A stretch of DNA of 64,000 bases from Eledone cirrhosa (GCA_964016885.1 OZ024743.1:177072001-177136000); one strand, 5' to 3'. Shown: positions 10,001 through 21,719, counted from the stretch's first letter. A program made the numbers and translations. The notes: a model not told the origin generated them from the letters alone.

Positions 10001-12784
10001 CCGGTAAGGACAAGTTGAGCTTCCAGTAACCGGGTCCCTGTCTATGAGTTCTGTCAAGGTTGACCATGCAGGTCACTAACTTGTGGTCTGAATAGCCAAC
10101 TATGCGCATTTTTGGACAACTTAAAAAGTCCTTATCCTTAATTCTAACGAAGAACCTATCTAGGTACGACCTAGATGATCCGCTACGATTTGCCCAAGTC
10201 CAGGTTGGCACAGTCGGAAAATCTAGTCGATATCTATCGGCCAGGTCAAATTGACCGATTAACCCTTTGAGGCTATTACACCCCTCTCTATCGGGACAGG
10301 CCCCTACGTAGTCCCAGCGTGCATCTAGGATACCATTCCAGTCCCCCACTAATAGCAAGGAGCGGGACGTCCCTAGAAAAGTCTCCAGACGATGGAAGAA
10401 GTCCGGCCGCATTGATCCGAAAGGGCCGTATGCGGCTACCAACCTAAACACTCCGCCTTTACCACTGTCAAGGTCCAGAACCACTAGTCGACCCTCCGGG
10501 TCCAAATGTACCATCTGTGTTGCGAGAACCAGATGTTTTTGCAGCAGAACGACAACCCTACCCCCACCTCCGGGCTGACAGAAAGATGCGTGCATCTCAA
10601 AGACATCAAAGGTGGGGGCCAGCTGTCGCACGTTGCTGATCCGGGCCTCGCAAATAACCATCACATCTATACGTTGTGACCTGAGGTCATTTAGAAGCAT
10701 TGCTTACTTCCAAGTTGAGCCCAGGCCACGCGCATTTAAACAGCCTACTCTTAGCATGGCCATGTTGGTGGTGAAGAGAAAAGGCACTTACCTCTCTGCG
10801 TCCCGGGTATCGGGCTGCACAATTTCCATTAGGATGGGGGATGGGTTGTTGGGTGGGGTGGTGGTTTGTGGAGGTGTAGGGGCATCAGTGTGTTGTGTGG
10901 TTGGGGAGTTTGGAGTTGTGTGGGTGTTTGGGGAGGGGGTGGGGTAGTTTTTTAGGAGGACGTGGTTAATGGACCCGACGCAGGGGGGGACTCACGTCCT
11001 CTTTAAAGTTGTTTTTTAAAGTTTTATAGGTGTCCTGTGGGGCCTTAATCATTTTGAGGTGGGGAAAATCTCCTGCCTGGGTGATGTTAGGCCCTTGGGT
11101 TTTTATTAGATTGTTGTTGTACACAATGTTTAACAGTTTTTTGTTTCTTGTGTTTATGTATATGTATGCATGTTTTTGTTTTTGTGTGGTGTTTTTTGTT
11201 TGCTGTTGTTGTGAGCTCTTTTGTGTTGGTGTCAGTGTTATGTTTTGGGGAGGGGTTGTTTTCATTTGTGTCTGAGGTGTGTTTTCTTTTTTTTCTTTTG
11301 ATTGTGTGGAAGTGTTCCTCCTCGTCTGACGACGAACTAGGGTCATCTTCCGCGTTGGAGGGCAGGAGTATATTTTCGGGTTGTGTTTGCGGTGCGGGTG
11401 TTTTGGAAATTGTTTTTTTTTTTTGAGTGGGGGAGATGGGTTGGACATTGTTTTGTTTTGGTTTGAGCTGTGGTGGTTGTTTTTGTAGTGGGAGTTGTGG
11501 TGATTGTGTTGGTTGTGCAGTTGTTGGTGGTGTAGGCAGGATTGGGGTTTTCTTATTAAGTTCGGGACAGACAGCCCTCAGGTGACCTCTGGTTCCGCAG
11601 AGGTAACACGAGGGCCGCCTACCCTTAACGGTAATGTTGATGAAAGTTTGATCATCCAGTATGACGCGTTCAGGGATCTGGGCGATCCTTTCGGGCCTCA
11701 TTTGAACTACAAGTTCGAGGCTCGTTCCACTGAACGCGTCACCCGATGCCTTTCCCATGGACACCAGCGTGTCATCCTCCAGGTCCAGGAAATCTGTCAA
11801 AACCCACCATATGTCCATAATCGGCAGAATGGTGTGGATTTTTATTTTTTGTGTTCTTCTACCCATGTACGTAGGGTAGAAGGTGTATGCGGTGGATGTG
11901 ATTGGTTTGATGGACAGTTTCACTGCTGTGTCCCTGTCCTTCATGAGAATGGATAGACTCCCGTAGAGTCTATCCTTCTGAATGAAGGTGATGTCCTTCA
12001 TGGCGTCTTTTAAAACCAGCTCTATCTCACTCTGTGATGGTTGAGCTGGTTTTTGCTTTTATTCGAGATTGTCCTAAACATGAATGTGTTTAGGAGTCTC
12101 TGGCTTTTTAGTTCCGGGGGGAGGGGGGGAATGGATCGTGAATGAACCATTTTCCCCGTACACTATATATTTTTTGGCATCTGCCAGTAGCTCCTTCGCT
12201 TTGGTTATATCTACTGGCAGATAGTCGAGGGTTTTCCTTGCCGTCTCGGCGAAGGAGAAATTTTTTTTGTTTGTGTTGCTGTTGTAGTTGGTGGTGTTGT
12301 TATCATTGTTGTTGTTATCACAGTTATTGGTCTTGTTGTTGTTGTTATTGTTATTGGTGTTGTTTTCGTCCGTCGCATTGTTGTTGTTGTTGCCGCTGGT
12401 TCTTTGGTTTGTTGCCATGGCAACGTCAAGTTGTCGGTCAACAGGTGGAGAAAATCCTTCCTCGGGCTGACCTTTCTTTTTGACCTCTGCTACTGTGACA
12501 GTGGCAGGGGGAAGCTGTAAGCTTATCTTACCCTTTCCTCCTTCGAATTTTGGTGAAGATGCTTCAGCCATTTTTATCAAAATAGGATTTTTCGAAATTT
12601 TTCGAAAGATTAAATTTTTACAACACTATTTCGCCTAAAGGCGTAGAATATTTTGAGAGACTGACCAGATCAAAGTTTGACCTGGCAGTCTCTCTACAAA
12701 ATGGTACAAAAATGAAAGTTTACAGTTCACAATTTCCAGATAAATTTAAACGAAACTTACCGAGCGAGCTCAGCACATGTGTCT
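7100..12784 (-). mobile_element. Tx1/L1-clade LINE copy B, near full length
   Basis: 5'UTR, frameshifted ORF1 (12571-10788, knuckle CYLCGTRGHLRAVC), ORF2 10763-7359, 3'UTR with AATAAA, (GATA)n flanks. Confidence 0.95.
7359..10763 (-). pseudogene. Copy B ORF2: AP endonuclease, reverse transcriptase, C-terminal CCHC
   Basis: Likely true start ATG 10763 (MAMLRVGCLNARGLG), one premature TAA near 10705, then the 1113-aa ORF with SAYADD and CPRCVCNEETVAHALVHC. A 30-nt in-frame deletion removes VKLLGVWLGP relative to copy C. Confidence 0.9.
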
Positions 12785-13004
12785 ATCCCAGAGATAGATA
12801 GTAACTTTCCCAGAGATAGATAGATAGATCGATAGATAGAAAGATAGATATAAATATATATTCATTAATCGCCTGATGAACCTGTGACAGACAAGACCCA
12901 CTGATATACATGCTGGAGGACTCTACCCCCATGAACAATTGGGTGAAGAAAAAATAACAACATAAACACAGATATGCATACACACACACATATACAAGTA
13001 AAAA

Positions 13005-13298
13005 GGGTAAATAACCCCTTCAGTCAGGAATGACCAGAGAATTTGCACCTAGCATGTTCTCTTCCAAAGAACAAATCAGGGCAAGGTTGTTTATGGAAGA
13101 CCAACAGTCACCCATACATACCAGTCTTCCCTCTCCATTCCACCGATGTTGTCCAAGGGAAAGGCAAAGGCCGATACCCGAGACATCGCAACTCATTTCT
13201 ATTGCTCAAGGACACAACTCACCACCCGGTCCGATAATTGAATTCACAACCTTCCTATTGCAAGCGCAATGTTCTAACTACTAAGCTATGCACCTTCT
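13005..13298 (-). mobile_element. Degenerate tRNA-derived SINE
   Basis: Minus-strand head TAGCTTAGTAGTTAGAACATTGCGCTTGCAATAGGAAGGTTGTGAATTCAATT resembles the SINE head at 25840. Confidence 0.6.
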
Positions 13299-13861
13299 CA
13301 CACACATATATATATGACTTATAATTTAATCTGAATAAAATGGTGTCCCTCATCCCTTGATACCTGAAGCATGTGCTTCTTTTGCTTAATAGTTAATCCA
13401 GCCCTGATCAAGTCTATCATCAAGTGAGCACAGCTGTATTGGATTGGATACGTGTTGTATATGGGCAATGAGCAGATATCCCCAAGACCCTCATATTCAG
13501 ATAGCTGGATATGGTCATGTTAGGTAATAAATATTTATCTGGTTTTTTTTTAAAGCATTTATAAAAAACATCATCATCATCATCATCCTTTAATGTCCAT
13601 TTTGCATGTTAGCATGGATTAGACGTAGCAGTAGAAATCACACCTGCCACCAGCCTTTGGATTTGGTAAGGTGGGGGAGCAAATATTCTGGGTCAGCACT
13701 TAATTCACAATTATGCTAAGGTGGTGTTTCAGAAAAAGCATATCGCCATAAATTTTTCAAAATTTGAGGGTACACCATTGAAAGTTAGGGATGATTGACA
13801 TCCAATGACCCTACCCCAACCCCACCCCTACTATAATGACAAACTTGCAAAAATCTTTTAC

Positions 13862-13939
13862 CTGTAAATTAGCTAACCTCGCCTGTAAACTGGTGATCTG
13901 CCGGTCACATTTTGTCCGTTCATTAATTAATGTTTCCAC
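13862..13939 (-). CDS. CCDC138: CCDC138-like gene, coding exon 6 (VETLINERTKCDRQITSLQARLANLQ)
   Basis: TTTTTCTCAG acceptor, GTAAAA donor, 78 nt, phase 0-0. QARLANLQ matches QARLDNLQ of human CCDC138 as recalled. Confidence 0.85.
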
Positions 13940-14019
13940 CTGAGAAAAATAAAAAATTAAGCAAATAAATAAATCAAATGAAAAGGTTAACCAATCACTT
14001 TAATCAATAATTCTGACTA

Positions 14020-14190
14020 ATAATTGTTTCTACTTTTGGCACAAGGCCAGCAATTACCCAGTACATTACTGGTACTTTATTTTATCGACCCCCGTAAGGA
14101 TGAAAGGCAAAGTTAACCTCGGCGGGATTTGAACTCAGATCGTTAAGGGACGTAACTATGCTGGAAAGCATGTCCGATACTGCCATTGTA
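14020..14190 (-). mobile_element. tRNA-derived SINE with Nin/Deu-like central domain
   Basis: Core GCCTTTCATCCTTACGGGGGTCGATAAAATAAAGTACCAG. Further copies near 1345, 16720-17150, 18857-19985, 20650, 23465, 24395, 30000-31100, 33190, 46835-47310, 48750, 59587 and 60480. Confidence 0.85.
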
Positions 14191-14394
14191 ATCAGGACAG
14201 CTTTAAATATAACTAAAAGATCCCAATTTTTAGAATAGGTACACGGCACCTCTGTGTGTTGCAAGAAGCAACTAAAAGGGTTGATGTCAGGAAGGGCATC
14301 TGGCTGAAAAGCATTGCTTCAAAAAGCCCCATCCAACCCATGCTAGCATGGAAAAGACAATGTAATGGTGATGGTGATGATAATAGGGTAGCAA

Positions 14395-14720
14395 CAGCTG
14401 TGGCTGAATGGTTAAAGAGTTTGCTCCGCAGTCATGAGGTCTTGGGTTCAATCCCACTATGTGATATCTTGAGCAAGTGTCTTTACCCATAGCCTCAAGT
14501 CAATGAAAGCCTTGTGAGTGAATGTAAGTAGACGGAAACTGTGTGTGGGGCCCCTCCGATGGATTGTGTTATAATTCAAAGGTCCAACCTTGACATATAC
14601 CATGTCATGCAGATCCTGCTTGAGAATTACATTAAGGGTACACGTGTCTGTGGAAAACTCAACTACATACATGTTAACACAGGATTCAGACACTCAGTTG
14701 ATTAAACAGTTGAATGCTCC
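14395..14720 (+). mobile_element. tRNA-derived SINE, second family
   Basis: A box TGGCTGAATGG, B box GGTTCAATCCC, then CTTGAGCAAGTGTCTT and GCCTTGTGAGTGAAT...GACGGAAACTG. Confidence 0.7.
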
Positions 14721-14769
14721 TTGTCAAAACTGACAAACAATACCTCATCAAGATACAAATATGGTAAAA

Positions 14770-15290
14770 CTGATGGTGGAGGTGGTGGTGATGTAAATGG
14801 TGGCGTTGGCGATGGTGTTTGTGGTGATGGTGGTGGTGATGGTAATGATGGTGATGGTAATGGTGGGGGTGGTGATGGTGGTGATGGTTGTGATGATGAT
14901 GGTGGAGGTGTTGTTGATAATGATGATGATGATGGTGGTGTTGATGGTGGTCTTGGTGATGGTGGAGTTGGCGATGGTGGTGGCGTTTGTGGTGATGGTT
15001 GTGGTTATGGCGGTGTTAGTGATGATGGTGATGGTGGTGGTGATGATGATGGTGATGACGGCAGTGTTCATGGTGATGTGATGATGGTGGTGGTGAAAAT
15101 GGTGATGGTGATTGTGGGGGTGGTGACGACAATGATAGTGTGGTGATGATGATGGTGATGGTGGAGGCATTGATGGTTGTGGTGGCGATGATAATGGTGG
15201 TGATGATAATGATGGTGGTGTTGGTAATAATGGTGGTGTTGGTGATGATTATGGTGATGGTGATGATGTTGATGATGATGATGATGTGAA
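14770..15290. repeat. Degenerate (GGT/GAT)n trinucleotide tract
   Basis: Seen directly. Confidence 0.9.
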
Positions 15291-15819
15291 TGCAGCCTCC
15301 AGTTCTCCTGTGAGGACAGTAACACTAATTAAGTACTAACTTAGTTTGTAATTCAAAGGTCCAACTCTTGCCAACATAGAAAATAGACATTATATGATGA
15401 TGATGATGTAAGCAAGATATGCTCCCTGCCTATTTGAGAAGAAAGTAACCCAAATTAAATACTAACTTGGTTTGCAACAACGCATCGAACCCATGCTAAC
15501 ATAGAAAAACAGATGCTATATGATGATGATGATGATGATTCAGTTTTCAGTGAAAATCATTTTAAGAGAATTTTAATATCATCATGTTTATGCCTGCTTC
15601 TTGATACTGTCATTGGTTGGATGAGATTTACTCGAGGCAGTGTTTCATGGCTGGATGCTCTTCCTGACACCAGCATATCCTTTTATTTTTTAGTATAATA
15701 CTTATTTTCCCTGATTTACATTAAACCAAATAACTGCAGGATGATGGTGGTGATGATATAAATATATGATAATAGACTATGAAGCTATCTGATCTCTGTT
15801 ACCCTATCACATTACTTAC

Positions 15820-15939
15820 CTCAATTCTCAGAGCTTCGTTTGCAGACTTTAAAGTGTCAAAATTCTCATGAAGACGTTTGTTTTCTTTATTTTTCTCTTT
15901 CAAATGAATCAGAGATTTCTCAAGTTCTTGTTTGTAACC
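15820..15939 (-). CDS. CCDC138: CCDC138-like gene, coding exon 5 (GYKQELEKSLIHLKEKNKENKRLHENFDTLKSANEALRIE)
   Basis: AAG acceptor at 15942-15940, GTAAGT donor, 120 nt, phase 0-0. LKEKNKENKRL..FDTLK matches LKEKNKETKRL..FDALK of CCDC138 as recalled. Confidence 0.88.
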
Positions 15940-15974
15940 CTTCAGGTCAAAGAAATAATAATAATAATAATTAA

Positions 15975-16720
15975 AAGCAAAGATAATGTGGGACCTGACT
16001 GTGCAAGCAGACAGAGTTATTGAACACCGAAGATCAGACCAGACATTGTGTTGATTGAAAAAGAGGAGAGAAAGTGCTGGATGATTGATGTCACAATCCC
16101 TGGGGATTGGAGAATTGAAGAGAAAGAATGGGAACAGAAAAGGAACTATTTAGAGTTGAGAGTAGAATCAGTTAGGTTGTGGAATGTTTTAACAAAGGTG
16201 ATTCCTGTTCTTATTAGTGAACTGAGATCGATACCAAAGAAATTAGAGAAATTAGAAGAAGTTGGAATACAGCCTAACATTTCCTGCCTGTAAAAATCAG
16301 CTCTTCTTGGCTCAGCCCATATCCTATGAAAGGTACTGGCTAGCTGAGGTGGCCAGACTTGATGGTCAGTTTGTTCACATCTCTTTGGTGAAAACCAAGG
16401 TGCAAAAGTGGAATAGTAGTAGTAACAATAGAAGTAAACTATGGAGAATCAGACAACTAGAAGTGGTACAGATTGTGGTTGGTGCACTGAGAGCAGTTAG
16501 TAAAAGGTTAGATGCATGGCTTGAAAAGCTAAGAAATACCATGAGGACGGGATTGTTGCAGAAAACAACCTTGTTAGGAACAGCAAGGATTCTAAAGGGG
16601 TGTTAGAAAGTTGAAGGAGAAAGAATGACCTTTGACCATATGCTATGGCTTGCTCTTTTGGTATAGTGACAGTATAACATCTACCAGAGCAAAAGTGTTA
16701 TTAATGATAATAATAATAAC
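15975..16720 (+). mobile_element. Two tandem 3' fragments of RLE-type (R4/Dong-like) non-LTR elements in (TAA)n
   Basis: IDVTIPGD..IEEKE.E.K..Y..L..RLW...VIPV and VVQIVVGAL...LQKTTLLGTARIL are typical RLE C-terminal motifs; TAA repeats flank the region. Confidence 0.7.
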
Positions 16721-17657
16721 AATTTCTGATTTAGGCAGAAAGCCAGCAATTTTTTTTTTTTGGGGGGGGGGGGGCGATTAAATCAACCCCCACTGCGTGA
16801 CTGGTACTTTATTTTATTGACCCCTTAAGGATGAAAGGCAAAGTTAACCTCGGCAGGATTTGAACTCAGATCATAAAGGGCTGTAACTCCATGCTGCAAA
16901 GCATGGCATCCAACCCTCTACCAATACTGCCAAATCCACTGCCCTCATATAATGATTTCTAGTATAGGCATAAGGCCAGTAATTTGGGGGAGGAGAAAGT
17001 AGATTAAATCGAACCCAGTGCGTAACTAGTACTTTATTTTATCAAACCAGTAAGAATTGAAGGCAAAGCTAACCTCAGCTGGATTTGAACTCAGAACGTA
17101 AAGTATGTTGTCTGATGCTCTACCAATACTACCAATCCACCGCGCTCAATAAATATAAGAAAATCGTACTTACTAGTACTGCTAACTTATTGTGAAGAGC
17201 ATTGTCAATGTCATTTTGGGAAAGCAAAACTACATTGTATGTTGTGTGACACATTCATGCACCAAAGGTTAAACTTTATCCATTATATTTTGTATTCAAT
17301 TCTGTCTTTAAATGTACAGACATTTATAATAGGAATGTTTAACCTGCAAGTTTTAATGACAGTATGCAATTGTAAATATTGTACACAGACATTTTGAATC
17401 TATGAATATTCTCTATATGTGCTTATGTCTATGTGTATCAGATGCATATTCTCCATATGTGCTTGTGTTGGTGTGTGTGTGTATAAGATTCATTGTTACT
17501 GACTTTCTCAAACTCTCTTCAAAATACCATCAGTTATCTAATGGGCTGAGAAAAGAAAGTGTCATAACAAACCATCTTCCTACCCAGGTTGAAACCCGGT
17601 GTGATGTATGAGAATGTACAGATATCCAAGGATATAATAGTGATGGTAGTAATAATA

Positions 17658-17992
17658 CTTTCTTGTATTGGCCACAAGGGTTTACATATAGGAAAACATT
17701 AAGGACAGTGCAGGGCGGTACAAATATGGGTTTCTGTGTATAAAAGGAAACAAAATAACAAAACATGTAATAAAAAAAATATAAACAGGAATAATACTAC
17801 AGGCACACACTAAGGGCAGGCCCATTTACACGGGCCATTCTTGCCTCTCTCACCCAACTTTCAACAAACTGGCTGAATTTCTTATATTGGCCACAAGGGC
17901 ACACATCATTAGGGACAATACAAGGATGAAAATCAACACAGATTGTGGTTTACATTGAGTAAAGGGAAGAGGAAATACACAAAAGAAAGCAA
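17658..17992 (-). mobile_element. Two tandem 5'-truncated Tx1 3' ends (F fragments)
   Basis: Both end in GTGGCCAATA. The first encodes ..ARMARVNGPALSVCL-TAG (17799-17797) and its 3'UTR resembles copy E. Confidence 0.75.
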
Positions 17993-18843
17993 GGTGGGTG
18001 CTCAGAAAGTACAATAACTAGGGTAAGAACGGGATGGAAGAAGTTTAGGGAACTACTACCACTGCTAGCTGCAAAAGGCTTCTCCCTCAGAATGAAAGGC
18101 AGACTGTATGATGCGTGTATCCGAACAACGATGTTGCATGGTAGTGAGACCTGGGCGCTGAAGGTGAAAGACTTACGTAGATTAGAGAGAAACGAAGCCT
18201 GCATGCTCCGATGGATGTGTAACAGTAATATACGTGAACGACAAAGCATAAAGGAATTGAGAGAGAGACTGAGCATAAGAGGAATCAAATGCTGCGTGCA
18301 GGAGAGGCGGTTACGCTGGTATGGACATGTGATGCGTATGAAGGATGACAGCTGCATAAAAAGGTGCAGAGCACTAGAAGTTGATGGAAACCGCGGAGTG
18401 GGGAGACCCAAGATGACTTGGGATGAGGTGATAAAAGCCGACCTTACCCAACTACACCTCTCAAAGACAATGACACACGACCGTGACTTCTGGCGTCACG
18501 CAGTAATACAGGGTACCCGACCTCCCATGGGTACATGCTGAAGCATATAAACAATATGCCCCCACTCCCCCCACCGCAAGGTGGTCGTGGAGGTGCCACG
18601 GCAAAAAAAAGCACCCAGCCCACACTGTAAAGTGGACGTGTAGGCGCCACGAAAAAGCACCCAGCACTCACTGTAAATGAGGTTGGTGTTAGGAAGGGCA
18701 TCCAGCTGTAGAAATCAAGCCAGATCAGTTCCTGTATGAGCAAGGCATGGTCAGCCGACCAGACACTGCCCACAACAGGACAACCCGTCTAACCCATGCT
18801 AGCGTGGAAGAACGGACGTAAAACGGTGATGATGATGATGATG
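17993..18843 (+). mobile_element. RTE-clade LINE, 5'-truncated, (GAT)n tail
   Basis: ORF 18092-18541 and the 3'UTR are homologous to 1-1088. Confidence 0.9.
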
Positions 18844-19030
18844 AAAGCAGTAAATATAATTGTTCCTACTTTTGGCACAAGGCCAGCAATTATCCCAGTG
18901 CATTACTGGTACTTTATTTGATCGACCCTGTACGGTTGAAAGGCAAGGTTAACCTCAGCAGGATTTTGAACTCAGACCACTAAGGGCCGTAACTCTATGC
19001 TGCAAAGCATGCCGTCCAACCCTCTACTGA

Positions 19031-19584
19031 TCATCATCAACATTTTACGTCCGCTCTTCCCTGCTCGCAAGGGTGGGACGGGTCTTATTCAGCACAGCAT
19101 CTCTCCACTCGTCACGGTCCTTCGTCATCTCCACCGTGAGCTTCAATGATCTGAGGTCTGTTCTCAGCACCTCCGCCCATGTTTTTCGTGGTCTACCTCT
19201 ACCACGTCTTCCTTCAACTGGCATTTCCTGGCACTCCTTCACCCATCGGTCATCCTCCATGCACATCACATGTCCATCCCATCTCAGTCTCCTCTCCCGT
19301 ACACTACATTCTATCCCTCTCAGACACAGTTTCTCTCTCAACACATTCATGCTGGGTCGTTCACGCACAGTTAGACTGCACATCCAACGGAGCATGCTTG
19401 CCTCATTTCTCTCCAGCCGTTGCATATCCTCTGCAGTTGCTGCCCATGTCTCACTACCATGCAGCATCGAGCTCCTCACACAGGCATCATATAACCGGCC
19501 TTTCATACGCAGGGAGAAACCCTTCTTCGTCAGCAGAGGAAGAAGCTCCCTAAACTTCTTCCAACCCGTCCTTATTCTAGATAC
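19031..19584 (-). mobile_element. RTE-clade LINE fragment (short-3'UTR subfamily) inserted in a SINE
   Basis: ORF 19045-19638 has LHGSETW and GRPRKTW. It splits the SINE motif CTCTACTGA/TACTGCCA. Confidence 0.85.
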
Positions 19585-19981
19585 TTTTAAAGCCTGTCGG
19601 AGCATACTGCCAATAATAATTGTTTCTACTTTTGCCACAGGGCCAGCAATTACCCCAGTACATTACTGGTACTTTATTTTATCGACCCCCGTAAGGGTGA
19701 AAGGCAAAGTTAACGTCAGTGGAATTTGAACTCAGACCATTAAGGGCCGTAACTCTTTATTGCAAAGCATGGCGTCCGACCCTCTACTGATACTGCCAAA
19801 AATTATAATAATAATAATTGTTTCTAATTTTGGCACAAGGCCAGCAATTACTAAGTGCATTACTGGTACTTTATTTTATCGACCCCGTAAGGATGAAAGA
19901 CAAAGTTAACCCTGGCGGGAATGGCAAGGGCCGTAACTCTATGCGTAAAAGCATGGCGTCCGACCCTCTACCGATACTGCC

Positions 19982-20015
<34 letters not shown>

Positions 20016-20928
20016 TAGACATGTAGATCTCTCACAGAGAGAGACATACATGTCTGTACACACATACATATACATACACCCATACATACATTCATACACA
20101 CAAATGCATACATTCATATATACATGCAAGTATACATGGTCACCTAAATTCTGAGAGAGATGTGTGTGTGTGTGTGGTCGTATCAACATACAGCGTTTCT
20201 AGGGCATTTTTTAAAGCCTGTCGGAGCATCTCTCCTCCCCAGGTCTGAATACAGGAGATCTCCTCCTGAGAAGGATAAAGAGTGAGAAAGAGATATAGAG
20301 AAAGAATCGACCCCAGTACTTGACTGGTACTTTTTTTATCGACCTGGAATGGATGAAAGGCAAAGTTGATCTACAAGACACACAGACACACACACATTCA
20401 TACATACACACCTACAGATATTCACGCACACACACACATATATACATACAAAACATATGCATGTGTACACATATAACTCAAAACATACAGATCCACACGT
20501 ACAATAACATATCTACACACATACACACAAGCACCTATGCAGACATGCATACATATTTACCTAGCTGATGTTGTCTAAATTCTAATAAAAGCGTTTTATA
20601 TCTATGTCAGAAACTGGCTCTCTCTCTATTGGTAAAACATTATGAAATAATGGTTTCTTATATAGGCACAAGGCCAGCAATTTGGGGGAAGGGGGAAGTC
20701 GATTAAATCGACCCAGTGCGTGACTGGTACTTTATTTTATCGACCCCCGTAAGGATGAAAGGCAAAGTTAACCTCGGCAAGATTTGAACTCAGATCATAA
20801 AGGGCTGTAACTCTATGCTGCAAAGCATGGCACCCGACCCTCTACCGAATGAAACCAGAAGAATATACACAGACACACACATAGAAACATGCATACACAC
20901 ATATGAACATACACATACACACACGTAC

Positions 20929-21060
20929 CTTTTCAATAGCTTCCATTCTTCTTTTAATCTCCAATTCAACAATGGTTTGGAAGTTCTTTTGAGAAACTGA
21001 CAATATTTGTTCTCTTCTTAATAAATCTTTCTTTTTCTCAATGAAAATATGATTTTTTTC
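20929..21060 (-). CDS. CCDC138: CCDC138-like gene, coding exon 4 (EKNHIFIEKKKDLLRREQIL...MEAIEK)
   Basis: TTTCTTGACACAG acceptor, GTACGT donor, 132 nt, phase 0-0. LLRREQIL resembles LLEREQLL. Confidence 0.82.
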
Positions 21061-21205
21061 CTGTGTCAAGAAATAAAACAGAAAACAGATTATATATTTT
21101 GTAGCATGGAAAATGGACATTAACCCTTTAGCATTTAAACTGGCCATATTTGGCCAGAATTCTCTCACCTCTTTCTGTTCAAACCAGTCATAACTAGCAC
21201 TTATA

Positions 21206-21423
21206 AAGAAGAAGAAGAAGAAGAAGAAGAAGAAGAAGAAGAAGAAGAAGAAGAAGAAGAAGAAGAAGAAGAAGAAGAAGAAGAAGAAGAAGAAGAAGAA
21301 GAAGAAGAAGAAGAAGAAGAAGAAGAAGAAGAAGAAGAAGAAGAAGAAGAAGAAGAAGAAGAAGAAGAAGAAGAAGAAGAAGAAGAAGAAGAAGAAGAAG
21401 AAGAAGAAGAAGAAGAAGAAGAA
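21206..21423. repeat. Pure (GAA)n microsatellite, about 70 units, intronic
   Basis: Seen directly. Confidence 0.97.
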
Positions 21424-21467
21424 GGAGGAGGAGGAGGGGACGATGACTGTTCTTCAGTTGGATCTAC

Positions 21468-21589
21468 CTTGAGTTTGGAACTGATCTTCTGTAGTTCCTG
21501 CATGATTCCTATCACATTTGATTTGGAATGTCTGTCATCTGCACCAGGGTCATCATTGTCATCACTATTACCAGGGTCACCATTATAAT
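21468..21589 (-). CDS. CCDC138: CCDC138-like gene, coding exon 3 (DYNGDPG...IMQELQKISSKLK)
   Basis: TTGTAG acceptor, GTAGAT donor, 122 nt, phase 1-0, compatible with both neighbouring exons. Confidence 0.75.
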
Positions 21590-21719
21590 CTACAACATAA
21601 TATACAGGGAAACATAACAAGTATATATCATTTATGAATGATATTCATCAAAGGTTTTCAAATCTTACGTGATAATGCTAAAATCACCATGTGTAATTTT
21701 AAATTATGATATTTGTCTT

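Noticed and set aside
14721-15325. Gly/Asp-, His- and Val/Met-rich ORFs
   Set aside because: Translations of a GGT/GAT simple repeat in several frames.
21201-21620. 139-aa poly-Ser ORF as a standalone gene
   Set aside because: It is exon 3 plus intronic (TTC)n.
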